Origin: Bacteroidota bacterium
Lineage (GTDB): Bacteria > Bacteroidota > Bacteroidia > JABEUT01
Direction of reading: 5' to 3'
Length of the DNA: 64,000 nucleotides
NCBI GenBank assembly: GCA_013285655.1
Contig: JABDHI010000005.1
Location: 217-64,216 of the forward strand
How positions within the stretch are numbered: position 1 is the stretch's first letter; the number at the start of each line of letters is the position of its first letter. Made by a program: the position numbers and the translations under genes. Below the pieces are notes generated by a model. That model had not been told where the DNA came from and did not search any database. It worked only from the letters and a program-made list of their open reading frames with translations. This document shows positions 19,035 to 30,224 of this stretch, piece by piece.

Positions 19035-22000
19035 ATGAAGAAGTATTCTTACTCCCTGGCAATCATTTCTTTGCTATTCTCTTTCAGTTTATTTGGTCAA
19101 GACTGGAGAGTTATGATGAAAGACCCTAAGTACAATGTACACGATGTACAAAGAGCATTTTATAAATGGTATGCTTACCAACAGAAACACAATAAGGCCT
19201 TCAAGGCTCATAAAAGAGCAGGTGACGACGAGGAAGAGGAGAACGGAGCCTTTACTCAATTCAAACGTTGGGAATGGTTCTATGTAAAGCGTACCTTCCC
19301 TACCGGTAACCGAATTAACCCTGCGGTACTTGAAAGAGATTACAATAATTATTTAGCCGGCTTTAATAAAAAAAGAAGTACAAGGCAGGTTATGGCTACA
19401 TCGAGCTGGCATTATATTGGCAGCACTGGCGACTCGGACCTATCAGGTGTAGGAAGAGTAAATCATATTCGTTATATGCCAGGCAACCCTAATACCATAT
19501 TTGCATGTACACCCTCAGGTGGGCTATGGAAATCTACCAACAGTGGAGCAACCTGGACGAATACAACCGATCATCTTATTGACTTGGCTGTTGATGACAT
19601 TGCAATTAACCCACTTAACCCCAATGTTCAGTATATTGGTATGGGCGATGGTGATGGTGGTTACGCAGGTTATACACCAAGTACAGTAGGCGTATTGAAA
19701 TCTATTGATGGTGGTGTTACATGGAACCCTTCAGGTTTATACTTGCAACTACCAAGTACCGGCCCTTCGGTTACTACCATACAACAATTACTTATTAACC
19801 CTGTGGATACTGCAGTACTTTTTGCTGCTACAACTGCAGGTCTTTATTACACATCTAACAGCGGGCAAGCATGGACCAATGTAATAACAGGCCATGACAT
19901 CCGTGATGTTGAATTTATGGCCGGTCACCCTGATGTAGTATTTGCCTCCGGTTTTGATGGAACATTCTGGCGTTCGAATAACTACGGAACATCTTTCACT
20001 CAAATTACCGGCGGCTGGACATCTACAGACAGGCTCGAAATCGGTGTAACAGCTGCCGATTCGGAATATGTTTACATATTAGCGGGAAATGCTAACACAG
20101 GTGGGTTCGATGGAATTTACTTATCGAAGGACGGTGGAAATACTTTCACTGCACAATCAACTAGCAGCTTATCAGTTAACCCAATGGGTTGGAGTGATAA
20201 AGGCACCGATAAAAACACCGGACAAGCCTGGTATGACCTTTCAATAGCAATTTCGCCAACTAATAAGGACAGCGTAATTATTGGTGGCGTTGATATTTGG
20301 GCTTCATCAAACGATGGAGTAAGCTTTGGAACAAAGGATATTACTTCATGGGATAGAAACCCTTATGTACATGCTGATGTACACTTTATAAATTACGAAC
20401 CTGGTGGTGGCAAATATTTTATTGCTGCAACCGATGGTGGCGTATTTAAAGTCCCGCTTCCTGTTCCTACAACTACAGCTGCAATGGCTGCCATGGATAT
20501 TAATAATAACCTGAGCATCGCTCAGCAATATGGTATTGGCATTTCTCAATTAACATCTTCGTTATTCTTGAGTGGGTGGCAGGACAATGGGACTAACCAA
20601 TCTGCTGCAAGCAGCACTTCATGGCAGCAGGTGGTAGGTGGAGATGGCACATTATGTTTCATTGATTATACCAACGACAATAATCAATATGCATCTTACC
20701 CTATGGGGACATTATACGCAAATATTGGTGGTGCCGGCTTTAACCAGGTTACAACCGGTTTGCCTACAACCGGCCCTTGGGTAACAGAATATTTAGAGGA
20801 TCCTGCAACTCCAAATACAATTTATTGCGGCTTCTCTGATGTTTATCAATCTACTAATCAGGGAACAGCTTGGACTCAAAAAAGCACTTGGGGTGGAACC
20901 GCTAACCTGAGCGAAATATCAGCTATAGCAATTGACTCTGCTGTTAACATCGATGTTTATGCAGGTGGCTATTCAGGAAGTACAAGTATGATACAGTTTA
21001 CATCGAACATAAATGCCGGGACACCAACATGGACGGATATAAGTGCAGGCTTACCTGTTTCATCTGCGGCAATTAGTGCCATAGCCGTTAATCCAAAAAA
21101 TCCTGCTGAGGTTTGGGTAACATTCTCTGGTTATAATGCCAATGCAAAAGTGTTCTACTCATCTAACGGAAATACAGCAACACCAACATGGACCAACCTT
21201 TCGGCTGGCTTACCTAACTTGCCTGTAAACTGTATTTTTTATGAAAGCGGAACCGCTGATGGTATTTATATTGGTATTGATGGCGGTGTTTATTATATGG
21301 ATAACACCACCGGTGGCTGGGTAAATTACAGCGCAGGCCTGCCTAATGTAGTTGTATTGCAATTAGCTATGTTCAACGCTACCCACGAATTAAGGGCCGC
21401 AACATTTGGAAGAGGAAGCTGGGCAACTCCGCATTGGACCCCTCCAACTATAGCGCCTACACCTATGTTTACAGGCTACCCTACTACTTACTGCGTAAAT
21501 GATACGGTACAATTTACCGACACTTCATCAGGCCAACCAACGAGCTGGTCATGGAGTTTCCAGAATGGTAACCCGGCAACATCAACTTCACAAAATCCTG
21601 TAGTTGTGTATAATACTGCCGGTACTTATTCAGTATCGTTAACAGCAACAAATTCAATTGGCAGCAATAGTTTAACCAAATCAAATTATATTGTTGTAAA
21701 TCCAAACCCTGGCACACCAGTGGTTACCCAATCGGGGCAGGTGCTTACATGCAATACTGCCGCATCAACCTACCAATGGTATTTTGCGGGCACACCTATA
21801 GCCGGAGCTACCTCACAGACTTATGAGCCAACAGATTCGCTTACACTTGGAACCTATAGTGTAAAGATCACTAACCAATATGGTTGCGCATCAGACACCG
21901 GAGCATTCCAGGTAACGGTCACTTCTTCAATAAATGAAATTTCGCTGAACAATCAAGTAGAGACTTATCCTAACCCAACCAATGGTAAGCTTCAAATGGT

Positions 22001-22193
22001 TTTCACCTTCCCTTCAGGAAATTATAATTTAAAGATTGTGAACGTACTTGGGCAAACCATTTATAGCGATAACATTAGCATATCGGGTAAATATACCGGC
22101 AACATAGATATGTCAGATTATGGTAAAGGAGTTTATTTCTTAACTATAGCCGGCAAAAACTCTAAAGCCGAGAAGAAGATAATTGTGTACTAA
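19035..22193 (+). CDS. T9SS-secreted BNR/Asp-box (VPS10/GH74-like) beta-propeller protein with PKD domain, copy 1
   Basis: Signal peptide; multiple SxxxGxTW boxes; ATFGRG; PKD (PTSWSWSF, YNTAGTYSVSLT); CTD YPNP...GVYFL...KKIIV. Confidence 0.9.
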   Translation: MKKYSYSLAIISLLFSFSLFGQDWRVMMKDPKYNVHDVQRAFYKWYAYQQKHNKAFKAHKRAGDDEEEENGAFTQFKRWEWFYVKRTFPTGNRINPAVLERDYNNYLAGFNKKRSTRQVMATSSWHYIGSTGDSDLSGVGRVNHIRYMPGNPNTIFACTPSGGLWKSTNSGATWTNTTDHLIDLAVDDIAINPLNPNVQYIGMGDGDGGYAGYTPSTVGVLKSIDGGVTWNPSGLYLQLPSTGPSVTTIQQLLINPVDTAVLFAATTAGLYYTSNSGQAWTNVITGHDIRDVEFMAGHPDVVFASGFDGTFWRSNNYGTSFTQITGGWTSTDRLEIGVTAADSEYVYILAGNANTGGFDGIYLSKDGGNTFTAQSTSSLSVNPMGWSDKGTDKNTGQAWYDLSIAISPTNKDSVIIGGVDIWASSNDGVSFGTKDITSWDRNPYVHADVHFINYEPGGGKYFIAATDGGVFKVPLPVPTTTAAMAAMDINNNLSIAQQYGIGISQLTSSLFLSGWQDNGTNQSAASSTSWQQVVGGDGTLCFIDYTNDNNQYASYPMGTLYANIGGAGFNQVTTGLPTTGPWVTEYLEDPATPNTIYCGFSDVYQSTNQGTAWTQKSTWGGTANLSEISAIAIDSAVNIDVYAGGYSGSTSMIQFTSNINAGTPTWTDISAGLPVSSAAISAIAVNPKNPAEVWVTFSGYNANAKVFYSSNGNTATPTWTNLSAGLPNLPVNCIFYESGTADGIYIGIDGGVYYMDNTTGGWVNYSAGLPNVVVLQLAMFNATHELRAATFGRGSWATPHWTPPTIAPTPMFTGYPTTYCVNDTVQFTDTSSGQPTSWSWSFQNGNPATSTSQNPVVVYNTAGTYSVSLTATNSIGSNSLTKSNYIVVNPNPGTPVVTQSGQVLTCNTAASTYQWYFAGTPIAGATSQTYEPTDSLTLGTYSVKITNQYGCASDTGAFQVTVTSSINEISLNNQVETYPNPTNGKLQMVFTFPSGNYNLKIVNVLGQTIYSDNISISGKYTGNIDMSDYGKGVYFLTIAGKNSKAEKKIIVY

Positions 22194-22205
22194 ACGCAAG
22201 AAGGT

Positions 22206-22248
22206 TTAATAAAAAGGCTCTGCAATATTGCAGGGCCTTTTTTATTAA
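22206..22248 (+). terminator. Intrinsic terminator
   Basis: AAAAAGGCTCTGCAA-TA-TTGCAGGGCCTTTTTT. Confidence 0.85.
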
Positions 22249-22388
22249 GTAATACTTCTGGATTTTTCAACACACCTAGAAAAAACCATATTTTCTGGTA
22301 CATCGATTTAGTATACTGTAAATAGTAGCCTTTATATTTGGATTTTGGGCAAAGGTTTACTATATTCGATTAAAAATTTCCCTGAATT

Positions 22389-25300
22389 ATGAAGAAGTAT
22401 TCTTACTCCCTGGCAATTATTTCTTTGCTACTCTCTTTCAGTCTATTCGGTCAGGACTGGAGAGTTATGATGAATGACCCCAAGTATAATGTGCATGATG
22501 TGCAGAAAGCATTCTACAAATGGTATGCCGCTGAACAGAAGCACAACAAAGCCATAAGAGCCCATAAGCATGATGGTGATGATGAAGAAGAGGAGAATGG
22601 CGCATACACACAATTTAAACGTTGGGAATGGTTTTATGAAAGCCGTACCTTTCCTAGTGGAAACAGGCCTAACCCAGCAGTATTGGAAAGAGATTACAAT
22701 AACTACTTAGCTGGTTTTAACAAGAGAAAAAACACCAGGCAAGCGATGGCAACATCAAGCTGGAGTTATATTGGAAATACAGGAGATGCAAACTTATCCG
22801 GTGTTGGAAGGGTAAATCACATACGATACATGCCGGGTAGCCCCAATACCATATTTGCTTGTACACCTTCAGGTGGTCTTTGGAAATCAACCAATGGAGG
22901 AACAAGCTGGACAACCAATACAGATCATCTTATTGACTTAGCAGTAGATGACATAGCCATCAATCCTCTTAACACCAACATACAATACATTGCTATGGGT
23001 GATGGCGACGGTGGTTATGCCGGCTATACACCGAGCACTGTGGGCGTACTTAAGTCTATAGATGGGGGTATTACCTGGAATCCTACAGGTTTATACCTGC
23101 AATTAGCAACTACAGGCCCATCTATTACTACTATACAACAATTGTTATTAAGTCCGAAAGATACAGCAGTACTTTTTGCTGCCTCTACCGGTGGCCTCTT
23201 TTATACTTCAAATAGTGGACAAAGCTGGACCAACGTTATACCAGGTCATGATATTCGCGACGTTGAGTTTATGGCTGGCCATACCGATGTGGTATTTGCA
23301 TCGGGTTTTGACGGCACTTTCTGGCGCTCTACTAACTATGGAACCTCATTTACACAAATTACCGGCTCTTGGACATCTTCTGACAGATTAGAAATTGGTG
23401 TTACACCAGCCGATTCAGAATATGTGTACATATTAGCAGGCAATGCAAGCAACGGTGGTTTCGACGGAATTTATCTTTCTACCAATGGTGGTACCACTTT
23501 TACTGCAAAATCTACCAGCAGCTTATCAGTTAACCCTATGGGTTGGAATGATAATGGAAGTGATAAAGCTACCGGCCAGGCTTGGTATGACCTATCTATT
23601 GCTATTTCACCAACTAATAAAGACAGCGTTATTATTGGTGGTGTTGATATTTGGGCCTCAGCAAACGATGGAGCCAGTTTCGGCTCAAAGGACATTACGT
23701 CTTGGGATGGTACACCATACGTTCACTCTGATATACATTACATAAATTATGAACCAGGCGGTGGAAAATATTTTATAGCGGCAACTGATGGAGGTATTTT
23801 TAAAGTTACTTTTCCCGTATCAACAGCCAATGTTGTTGATTTAGGAAACAACTTAGGTATAGCTCAGCAATACGGTATAGGTAATTCTCAAAAAACATCA
23901 TCATTATTTATTACTGGCTGGCAAGATAATGGTACCAATCAATCTGCAGCAAGCAGTACAGCCTGGAAACAGGTTGAAGGAGGCGATGGCACATTATGCT
24001 TTATAGATTATACAAACGACCAGAACCAATACGCTTCTTATCCCCAAGGCACTTTATATGCGAGTACTAATGGTGGTGCTAGTTTTAACACTGCTACAAG
24101 TGGATTACCAACCAGTGGAGCACCATGGGTTGTTGAGTACTTAGAGGATCCAAAGACCCCGAACACTCTTTATTGTGGTTTTTCAGATGTATACCAATCA
24201 ACAAATCAGGGTGGTAGCTGGACAAAGAAAAGCACCTGGGGTGGCACAGCAGGGTTAAGTGAAATATCAGCTATAGCTATTGACTCATCTGCTAATACCG
24301 ATGTTTATGCTGGCGGCTATTCAAATACTGCAAGCCAAATAGAATTCACTTCGAATATTACTGCGGCTACACCCACCTGGACAAATATAAGCGCAGGTTT
24401 ACCAACAACCAGCGCAGCAATTAGCGGTATAGCGGTTAATCCTAAAAACCCTGCACAGGTATGGGTAACTTTTTCGGGCTACAATAGCACAGCAAAAGTT
24501 TTTTATTCAGCAAATGGCAACACTGCAACACCAACCTGGACAAACCTTTCTGCAGGCTTACCAAATTTACCTGTGAATTGCATATTATATGAAAGCGGTA
24601 CGGCAAACGGTGTATACATTGGTATGGATGGCGGTGTTTATTATATGGATAACACCACCGGCGGCTGGGTTAATTATAGCGCTGGCCTGCCTAATGTAGT
24701 AGTATTGCAATTAGCTATGTATAATGCAACACATACGTTAAGAGCGGCAACATTTGGCCGCGGCTCATGGGGAACTCCTCATTGGACTCCACCTACTATA
24801 GCACCTACCGCAATGTTCACCGGATATCCCACTGCATATTGTGTAAATGATACCGTGCACTTTACCGATACTTCATCTGGCCAACCAACCAGTTGGTCAT
24901 GGAGTTTCCAAAGTGGTAATCCTGCAACATCAACTGCCCAAAACCCGGTTGTTATATATAATACAGCAGGAACTTACTCTGTATCACTCACAGCAACAAA
25001 TGCCAAAGGCAGCAATTCATTAACGAAAACGAACTACATTGTTGTACATCCTGACCCGGGTACACCAGTCATTACTCAATCAGGAGAAACGCTTACCTGT
25101 AATACATCAGCATCCACCTACCAGTGGTATTTAGGTGGTGTTCCTATTGCAGGCGCAACATCACAAACGTACACCCAATCGCCAACTTTAACATTAGGAA
25201 CCTATAGTGTAAGTATCACTAGCCAATATGGCTGTGCATCTGGCGGAACATTCCAGGTAACAACACTTACTTCTCTTAGTGACTTATCACTTAACGATTT

Positions 25301-25538
25301 AGTAGAAACGTATCCTAACCCTACTAATGGTAAATTGCAGGTGGTCCTTAACTTACCATCAGGCAATTACAATCTGAAAATTGTAAATGTACTAGGGCAA
25401 ACCGTTTACAGTGACAATCTTACTTTATCTGCCAAGTACACTGGTAATATTGACATGTCGGGTTATGGTAAGGGAGTTTATTTTTTAACTATTGAAGGCA
25501 AAGATTCTAAAGCGGAGAAGAAGATATTGGTTTATTAA
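22389..25538 (+). CDS. T9SS-secreted BNR/Asp-box beta-propeller + PKD protein, copy 2 (tandem paralog)
   Basis: Colinear and highly similar to 19035-22193 along the whole length. Confidence 0.9.
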   Translation: MKKYSYSLAIISLLLSFSLFGQDWRVMMNDPKYNVHDVQKAFYKWYAAEQKHNKAIRAHKHDGDDEEEENGAYTQFKRWEWFYESRTFPSGNRPNPAVLERDYNNYLAGFNKRKNTRQAMATSSWSYIGNTGDANLSGVGRVNHIRYMPGSPNTIFACTPSGGLWKSTNGGTSWTTNTDHLIDLAVDDIAINPLNTNIQYIAMGDGDGGYAGYTPSTVGVLKSIDGGITWNPTGLYLQLATTGPSITTIQQLLLSPKDTAVLFAASTGGLFYTSNSGQSWTNVIPGHDIRDVEFMAGHTDVVFASGFDGTFWRSTNYGTSFTQITGSWTSSDRLEIGVTPADSEYVYILAGNASNGGFDGIYLSTNGGTTFTAKSTSSLSVNPMGWNDNGSDKATGQAWYDLSIAISPTNKDSVIIGGVDIWASANDGASFGSKDITSWDGTPYVHSDIHYINYEPGGGKYFIAATDGGIFKVTFPVSTANVVDLGNNLGIAQQYGIGNSQKTSSLFITGWQDNGTNQSAASSTAWKQVEGGDGTLCFIDYTNDQNQYASYPQGTLYASTNGGASFNTATSGLPTSGAPWVVEYLEDPKTPNTLYCGFSDVYQSTNQGGSWTKKSTWGGTAGLSEISAIAIDSSANTDVYAGGYSNTASQIEFTSNITAATPTWTNISAGLPTTSAAISGIAVNPKNPAQVWVTFSGYNSTAKVFYSANGNTATPTWTNLSAGLPNLPVNCILYESGTANGVYIGMDGGVYYMDNTTGGWVNYSAGLPNVVVLQLAMYNATHTLRAATFGRGSWGTPHWTPPTIAPTAMFTGYPTAYCVNDTVHFTDTSSGQPTSWSWSFQSGNPATSTAQNPVVIYNTAGTYSVSLTATNAKGSNSLTKTNYIVVHPDPGTPVITQSGETLTCNTSASTYQWYLGGVPIAGATSQTYTQSPTLTLGTYSVSITSQYGCASGGTFQVTTLTSLSDLSLNDLVETYPNPTNGKLQVVLNLPSGNYNLKIVNVLGQTVYSDNLTLSAKYTGNIDMSGYGKGVYFLTIEGKDSKAEKKILVY

Positions 25539-25552
25539 ACAAAAATATAGAC

Positions 25553-25590
25553 AATAAAAAAGCCCCGACCTAGTTCGGGGCTTTTTTATT
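25553..25590. terminator. Bidirectional intrinsic terminator
   Basis: AATAAAAAAGCCCCGA-cctagt-TCGGGGCTTTTTTATT between convergent genes. Confidence 0.9.
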
Positions 25591-25603
25591 TAAACCCAGG
25601 CTC

Positions 25604-27316
25604 TTAAATCTCCCAGGCAATAAGCTCTTTCACTTCCTTAACTGAAAGTGGCTTTTGCTCTTTAAGTACTTCTGGTTCGTATTTAGTCTTCAGGTAATTA
25701 ATTGAAGGAATTAACCATTTTGCACTCTCTTCATTTAAAGCATCTATCAGGAGTGAGATTTGATATAACGAGGTCAGTTTTTCGAGAAAGGGCTTAGCAG
25801 TAGCTTCCATCTCATCTTGCGGAAGTGCCATTAACCTTTTTGGAAAAGCCGCTAGAGTTTCAAGCTCTTTTAAAAGCCATTCATCATATTGCTTATTACT
25901 GTTTGCTACTCGTGTAATTTCTTCGCATACCATTTCAAAGCCCTTCGATTTTGCCATAGCGCGCATCATATCCAACACAATAATATTTCCTGAGCCTTCC
26001 CAAATTGGCGTTACCATTACATCACGCATTATTTTAGGCACTACGGTATCTTCTATATAGCCAAGGCCACCCATCAGCTCCATACTTTCCCGTGTGATGT
26101 ATACACCTGCTTCGGCTGACCACTTTTTAGTCATTGGGTTTATCAGGCGGAACAATTCTTTCTCTTTTTCATTCCCTGCATCCGCCATGTCGAGGGCCTT
26201 TATAGCACGCCATACTAAATAGAAATTAGCCACATTCAATGCACCAAGTTCAGTTAGTTTGGTTCTTATTAATGCATGTTCTAAAATATCCTTACCAAAT
26301 GTTTTCCGGTAACTTAAAAATTGATACGCCTCTATCAAAGCCCTCCGTCCACATGTTAAAGCCGCAACCGAATTATAGAGCCTGCTAATGTTCATCATCT
26401 CTGCCATTATCTTAAAGCCACCCATCTCCTCACCTACCAGTTTGCCAATGGTATCAGTCAACATACATTCTGAGCTTACCATTGATCGCATCCCTAGTTT
26501 ATCTTTCACACGTATAACATCAATCGGGTTCTTGCGGCCATCTTCCATATATTTCTCTACCAGAAATATTGAAAGTCCTCTGGTTCCTGAGATACTTTCA
26601 TCAGTACGAGCCAACGCGAAAATTACATCAGCATTCGTATTACTACAAAACCACTTTTCGCCGTTCAGGTTGTAATACTTACCTTCTTTATGCGATGCAG
26701 CCACAATATTATTACCAACATCCGATCCGCCTGTTTTTTCCGTTAGGAACATTGCTCCTGTAAACAACTCTTCAGGTTTGTCAGTATAAATTCTCGGCAA
26801 GACTCTTTGCTTATCTTCTTCATCACAAAACATATCTACTAAGCGCGCAGCTCCATCGGTCATGCACAGTGGGCAATATAAACCACACTCGCTCATGGCA
26901 TATAAATAGCCAGTGCTAAAACCAAGACTATGTCTTTCCTTACTAAATTGACTTCTCAATTTAGGCTCCCATTTTACACGAAACATTTCTGACTGAACTG
27001 CAATATCTCTTAATTGCCAATATGAAGGGTGAAATCTGAATTCATTTATAGTTTCGCCATAAGCGTTTCTTTTTACTAACACAGGCCCATTCTTATCTGC
27101 AAGCAGAGAAAGTTCGTTCATTCGTCCTGCCGATTCTTTACCCTGCAAATCGAGTTTATCGGTCATGTAAGCAAGCCCCTCTTTAGAAATACTGTTACTT
27201 AAATAATTCCTTAGGATATTATCGCTTTTATAAAAATTATCGCTGGTCTTAAACCCTTCTTTAAGTACTCTATTTTTTGATGCAGGATAAATCGACGGCT
27301 TGGGTTGTGCTTTCAT
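25604..27316 (-). CDS. Acyl-CoA dehydrogenase, AidB-like
   Basis: CPLCMT, MFLTEKTGGSDV, GEKWFCS, KDKLG, GGLGYIE, PIWEGSGN. Confidence 0.92.
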   Translation of the reverse strand: MKAQPKPSIYPASKNRVLKEGFKTSDNFYKSDNILRNYLSNSISKEGLAYMTDKLDLQGKESAGRMNELSLLADKNGPVLVKRNAYGETINEFRFHPSYWQLRDIAVQSEMFRVKWEPKLRSQFSKERHSLGFSTGYLYAMSECGLYCPLCMTDGAARLVDMFCDEEDKQRVLPRIYTDKPEELFTGAMFLTEKTGGSDVGNNIVAASHKEGKYYNLNGEKWFCSNTNADVIFALARTDESISGTRGLSIFLVEKYMEDGRKNPIDVIRVKDKLGMRSMVSSECMLTDTIGKLVGEEMGGFKIMAEMMNISRLYNSVAALTCGRRALIEAYQFLSYRKTFGKDILEHALIRTKLTELGALNVANFYLVWRAIKALDMADAGNEKEKELFRLINPMTKKWSAEAGVYITRESMELMGGLGYIEDTVVPKIMRDVMVTPIWEGSGNIIVLDMMRAMAKSKGFEMVCEEITRVANSNKQYDEWLLKELETLAAFPKRLMALPQDEMEATAKPFLEKLTSLYQISLLIDALNEESAKWLIPSINYLKTKYEPEVLKEQKPLSVKEVKELIAWEI

Positions 27317-27400
27317 GGTAAATTGATTATTGTTATTTAATCATCTTACCAAAGATATACAATGTATTCTTTTAAGTGAAAAGGGGCATAAATACCGTAA

Positions 27401-28750
27401 CTATAGCTTTATAAACTTGGCGCTATAGCTTTTCGGACCAGAAATAACTTTAATCATATACACGCCGCTTGCATATGTACTTACATTAATATTACCATTA
27501 AGTGAGTTTGATAATTGTTTAGCAAACACTTGTTGGCCAAGCTCATTATATATATAACAATCAGATATTGCAGAGAGTCCTGAAATATCTATTGAGATAA
27601 TTTTACTTGCAGGGTTTGGGTAAACCGAGATATTAATATTTTCCTCAATTTCTTTAACTCCATCTGGCGCTGTCCACATGGCTATATTTTTTGCATATGT
27701 ACCGCCTGCGCTATCAAAACCGCCACCAATATATAAGGCGTTATTGAAAGTTGTCATCGCTATTATCGATCCCCCAACATTAATACCAGTACCTACCGAA
27801 CTCCATTTCGAGCCATTCCATTTTGCTATACAGTTTATAAACTGTCCGTTAACACTGTCGAAAAAACCTCCGGCATACAATTCGCCACTGTAAGAAATAA
27901 GTGCATTTACCTGAGACCCGCCCGGCTCACCATATAAGCCCGAATCAAGTGGTGTGAAGCTTGTACCATTCCACATGGCTATACTATTTGCTGGCGTACC
28001 ACCTATGGTATCAGCCCATCCTCCTACATATAAACTACCATTATATTCCGCCAGTGCGTACATTGGTCCGTTGGTATAGGAACCAACGGCAGACCAGTTA
28101 GCTCCATCCCATTTCGCAATTTCACTTACAGGAACACCACCGGCGCTGTCTATTCCACCTGCTACATATAAATAACCGTTATAAACTAATAGTGCAAATA
28201 CTCCGTCATCTTCATCGGCAGCATAAATACCTGTGCTTAACGGATACCAGTTCGTGCCATCCCACCGGGCAATTCCAAATATTTGTTTTCCGTCAACCGT
28301 ATCAAACGAACCTCCGGCATAAAGACTTCCGTTATAAACTGCCATAGAATAAACTCCATACTCCTGCGACTTCATTCCCATTCCAACGGGTGCCCAGTTT
28401 ATGCCATTCCACATAGCTATATCATTCGCTTCCACTCCGCCTATGGTATCAAAAAAACCTCCAGCGTATAAATTGCCATTATACCAAGCCATTGCATTTA
28501 TATAGCCATTAGTGCCTGTGCCTGTGGGTGTCCAATTTGCACCATTCCATTGAGCCATATCATTTACACTTACGCCACCTGCCGAATTAAACCAGCCTCC
28601 TGCGTAAAGCAATGAATCATGCGCGAATAATGACCATGTTGTATTTACCGAAGTACCAGTAATACCACTTCCCACAGGGCTCCATGTTTGCGCATTAGCA
28701 CCCATGAATGATACTATAAATACTGAAAATAACCCTATCCTACTTTTCAT
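27401..28750 (-). CDS. T9SS-secreted beta-propeller protein with LYAGGxF...IAxWNG repeats
   Basis: About seven repeats of YNGxLYAGGxF..GG..IAxWxGxxW; signal peptide from ATG 28750 (alternative 28780); CTD VYPNP...GVYMIK...KFIKL. Confidence 0.85.
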   Translation of the reverse strand: MKSRIGLFSVFIVSFMGANAQTWSPVGSGITGTSVNTTWSLFAHDSLLYAGGWFNSAGGVSVNDMAQWNGANWTPTGTGTNGYINAMAWYNGNLYAGGFFDTIGGVEANDIAMWNGINWAPVGMGMKSQEYGVYSMAVYNGSLYAGGSFDTVDGKQIFGIARWDGTNWYPLSTGIYAADEDDGVFALLVYNGYLYVAGGIDSAGGVPVSEIAKWDGANWSAVGSYTNGPMYALAEYNGSLYVGGWADTIGGTPANSIAMWNGTSFTPLDSGLYGEPGGSQVNALISYSGELYAGGFFDSVNGQFINCIAKWNGSKWSSVGTGINVGGSIIAMTTFNNALYIGGGFDSAGGTYAKNIAMWTAPDGVKEIEENINISVYPNPASKIISIDISGLSAISDCYIYNELGQQVFAKQLSNSLNGNINVSTYASGVYMIKVISGPKSYSAKFIKL

Positions 28751-28795
28751 GCAATCAATAAAAGCACCCAAGGTTATCATTTTGATTAGCTTAAC

Positions 28796-30145
28796 TTAGT
28801 TCTTAAAGAACTGGTAGTAAAACGTAATACGTGCAACTAAATCATAACCCGCTTTTTGGTTATCTGTTGCAGGTGTTGGGTTCGTAGTATTATATTGGCT
28901 TGTAGTATTTGCGCTATACCATATATTAGGCATAAAATGTATTTGTTTAATAGGCTGATAATCGAGTCCAAAAACATAATATGACTCCTTAACCGGATTC
29001 TGTAATTCATAACTGGATCCATTAATATACATACCACCTGGTAAATAAGTAATATTAGGATTAAAATTTACTGATGGATTATATCCATCATGACGTGCAA
29101 AGAGACTTAATTTTGGAGCATTGGTACTTTTATCTCGCATTAACACAACCGCTGCCATAATAGAGTACCCGGACTGAATATTGTTAACTGTATCTCCTTG
29201 CACAGGAACTCCAGGGCCAGAAACCTGACTAACGGTATTATATGCTGTTTGTTGAAAATATTCAATACTCACATTAAAATTCTTGGTTTTATACCCTAAA
29301 AAAGCACGTCCCGTCAGTATATATTGGTGCATATCATGCACTTGGCCTGGTACTGATTGCCATTCCCATGTACGTCCATCGCCAAAAAGATCAAGCACAA
29401 GTTTATCCCCAAAAGCTTTTACATATATATCTCCATAATATTTATGCCATGGAGTTTGAACAGGTAAGCTAAATAGGTCAGGTACTGCGCCAGTGCCGTT
29501 ACCAACCATAAAATTAAAACCTACGCAAGCATTTTCAATTCCCATGTCATCCTTTTTGCTCCAAAGTTTACCGCCAATACTGGCACCGAAATCATTCGAA
29601 CCTGTTATACCTTTCATATCCATAATAGTGCGGTCGATTGAACGATACCCCCAAAAAGGCTCCTCAGTAATGGCAAATGATGGAGTAGTAATTGCTCCAA
29701 CAGAAAGTTTTAATCCGGTGTTAAAGAAATTAGCCCATTCCATGTTAGCATATTTCAGATAAAAACTTCTGTTAGATTTAGGATCAATTGTAGGCGAACT
29801 GGTATAATAATTATCGGCATTCTCTTCCGATGCCATTACAGCATGAACAGAAAATTGCTTGTTAAAAAAGTAATCATACCCTAAATAAAGCCGTTGCAGC
29901 GAGAATGCGTTGTACCCTTTAGGAACTTGTGAATATTGCGTATTCCCACGTGGGGCGGAATCGGCATGTAATTTGGTAAAATAGCTACCAAACATATAAC
30001 CCCAAAAATGGCCGCGAGTTGAATCTGGCGATTCATGCGGAGTAACAGTAACAGGGTAGTTATTAAAATCAGCAAATTGGGCATTAGAAATATTTAACGT
30101 CATAATAAAAGCGCAAATTGCAATAATTACTCTTTTTGTTCTCAT
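28796..30145 (-). CDS. Outer membrane beta-barrel / porin, possibly phosphate-selective
   Basis: Signal peptide; amphipathic strands (FSLQRLYLGYDYFF, FYLKYANMEW); C-terminal ARITFYYQF; substrate inferred from context. Confidence 0.7.
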   Translation of the reverse strand: MRTKRVIIAICAFIMTLNISNAQFADFNNYPVTVTPHESPDSTRGHFWGYMFGSYFTKLHADSAPRGNTQYSQVPKGYNAFSLQRLYLGYDYFFNKQFSVHAVMASEENADNYYTSSPTIDPKSNRSFYLKYANMEWANFFNTGLKLSVGAITTPSFAITEEPFWGYRSIDRTIMDMKGITGSNDFGASIGGKLWSKKDDMGIENACVGFNFMVGNGTGAVPDLFSLPVQTPWHKYYGDIYVKAFGDKLVLDLFGDGRTWEWQSVPGQVHDMHQYILTGRAFLGYKTKNFNVSIEYFQQTAYNTVSQVSGPGVPVQGDTVNNIQSGYSIMAAVVLMRDKSTNAPKLSLFARHDGYNPSVNFNPNITYLPGGMYINGSSYELQNPVKESYYVFGLDYQPIKQIHFMPNIWYSANTTSQYNTTNPTPATDNQKAGYDLVARITFYYQFFKN

Positions 30146-30224
30146 GATTGTTCTCCTCTTTAAAATTACTGGTTCCTACTTCAGTAAGAGCCAGTCTGTT
30201 ATTTATTAAATATTAAAATTTAAC

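Noticed and set aside
19035-25538. Paralog pair as a DGR template/variable region or an assembly artefact
   Set aside because: No reverse transcriptase; differences are not adenine-specific and are spread over synonymous sites, so this is a genuine old duplication.
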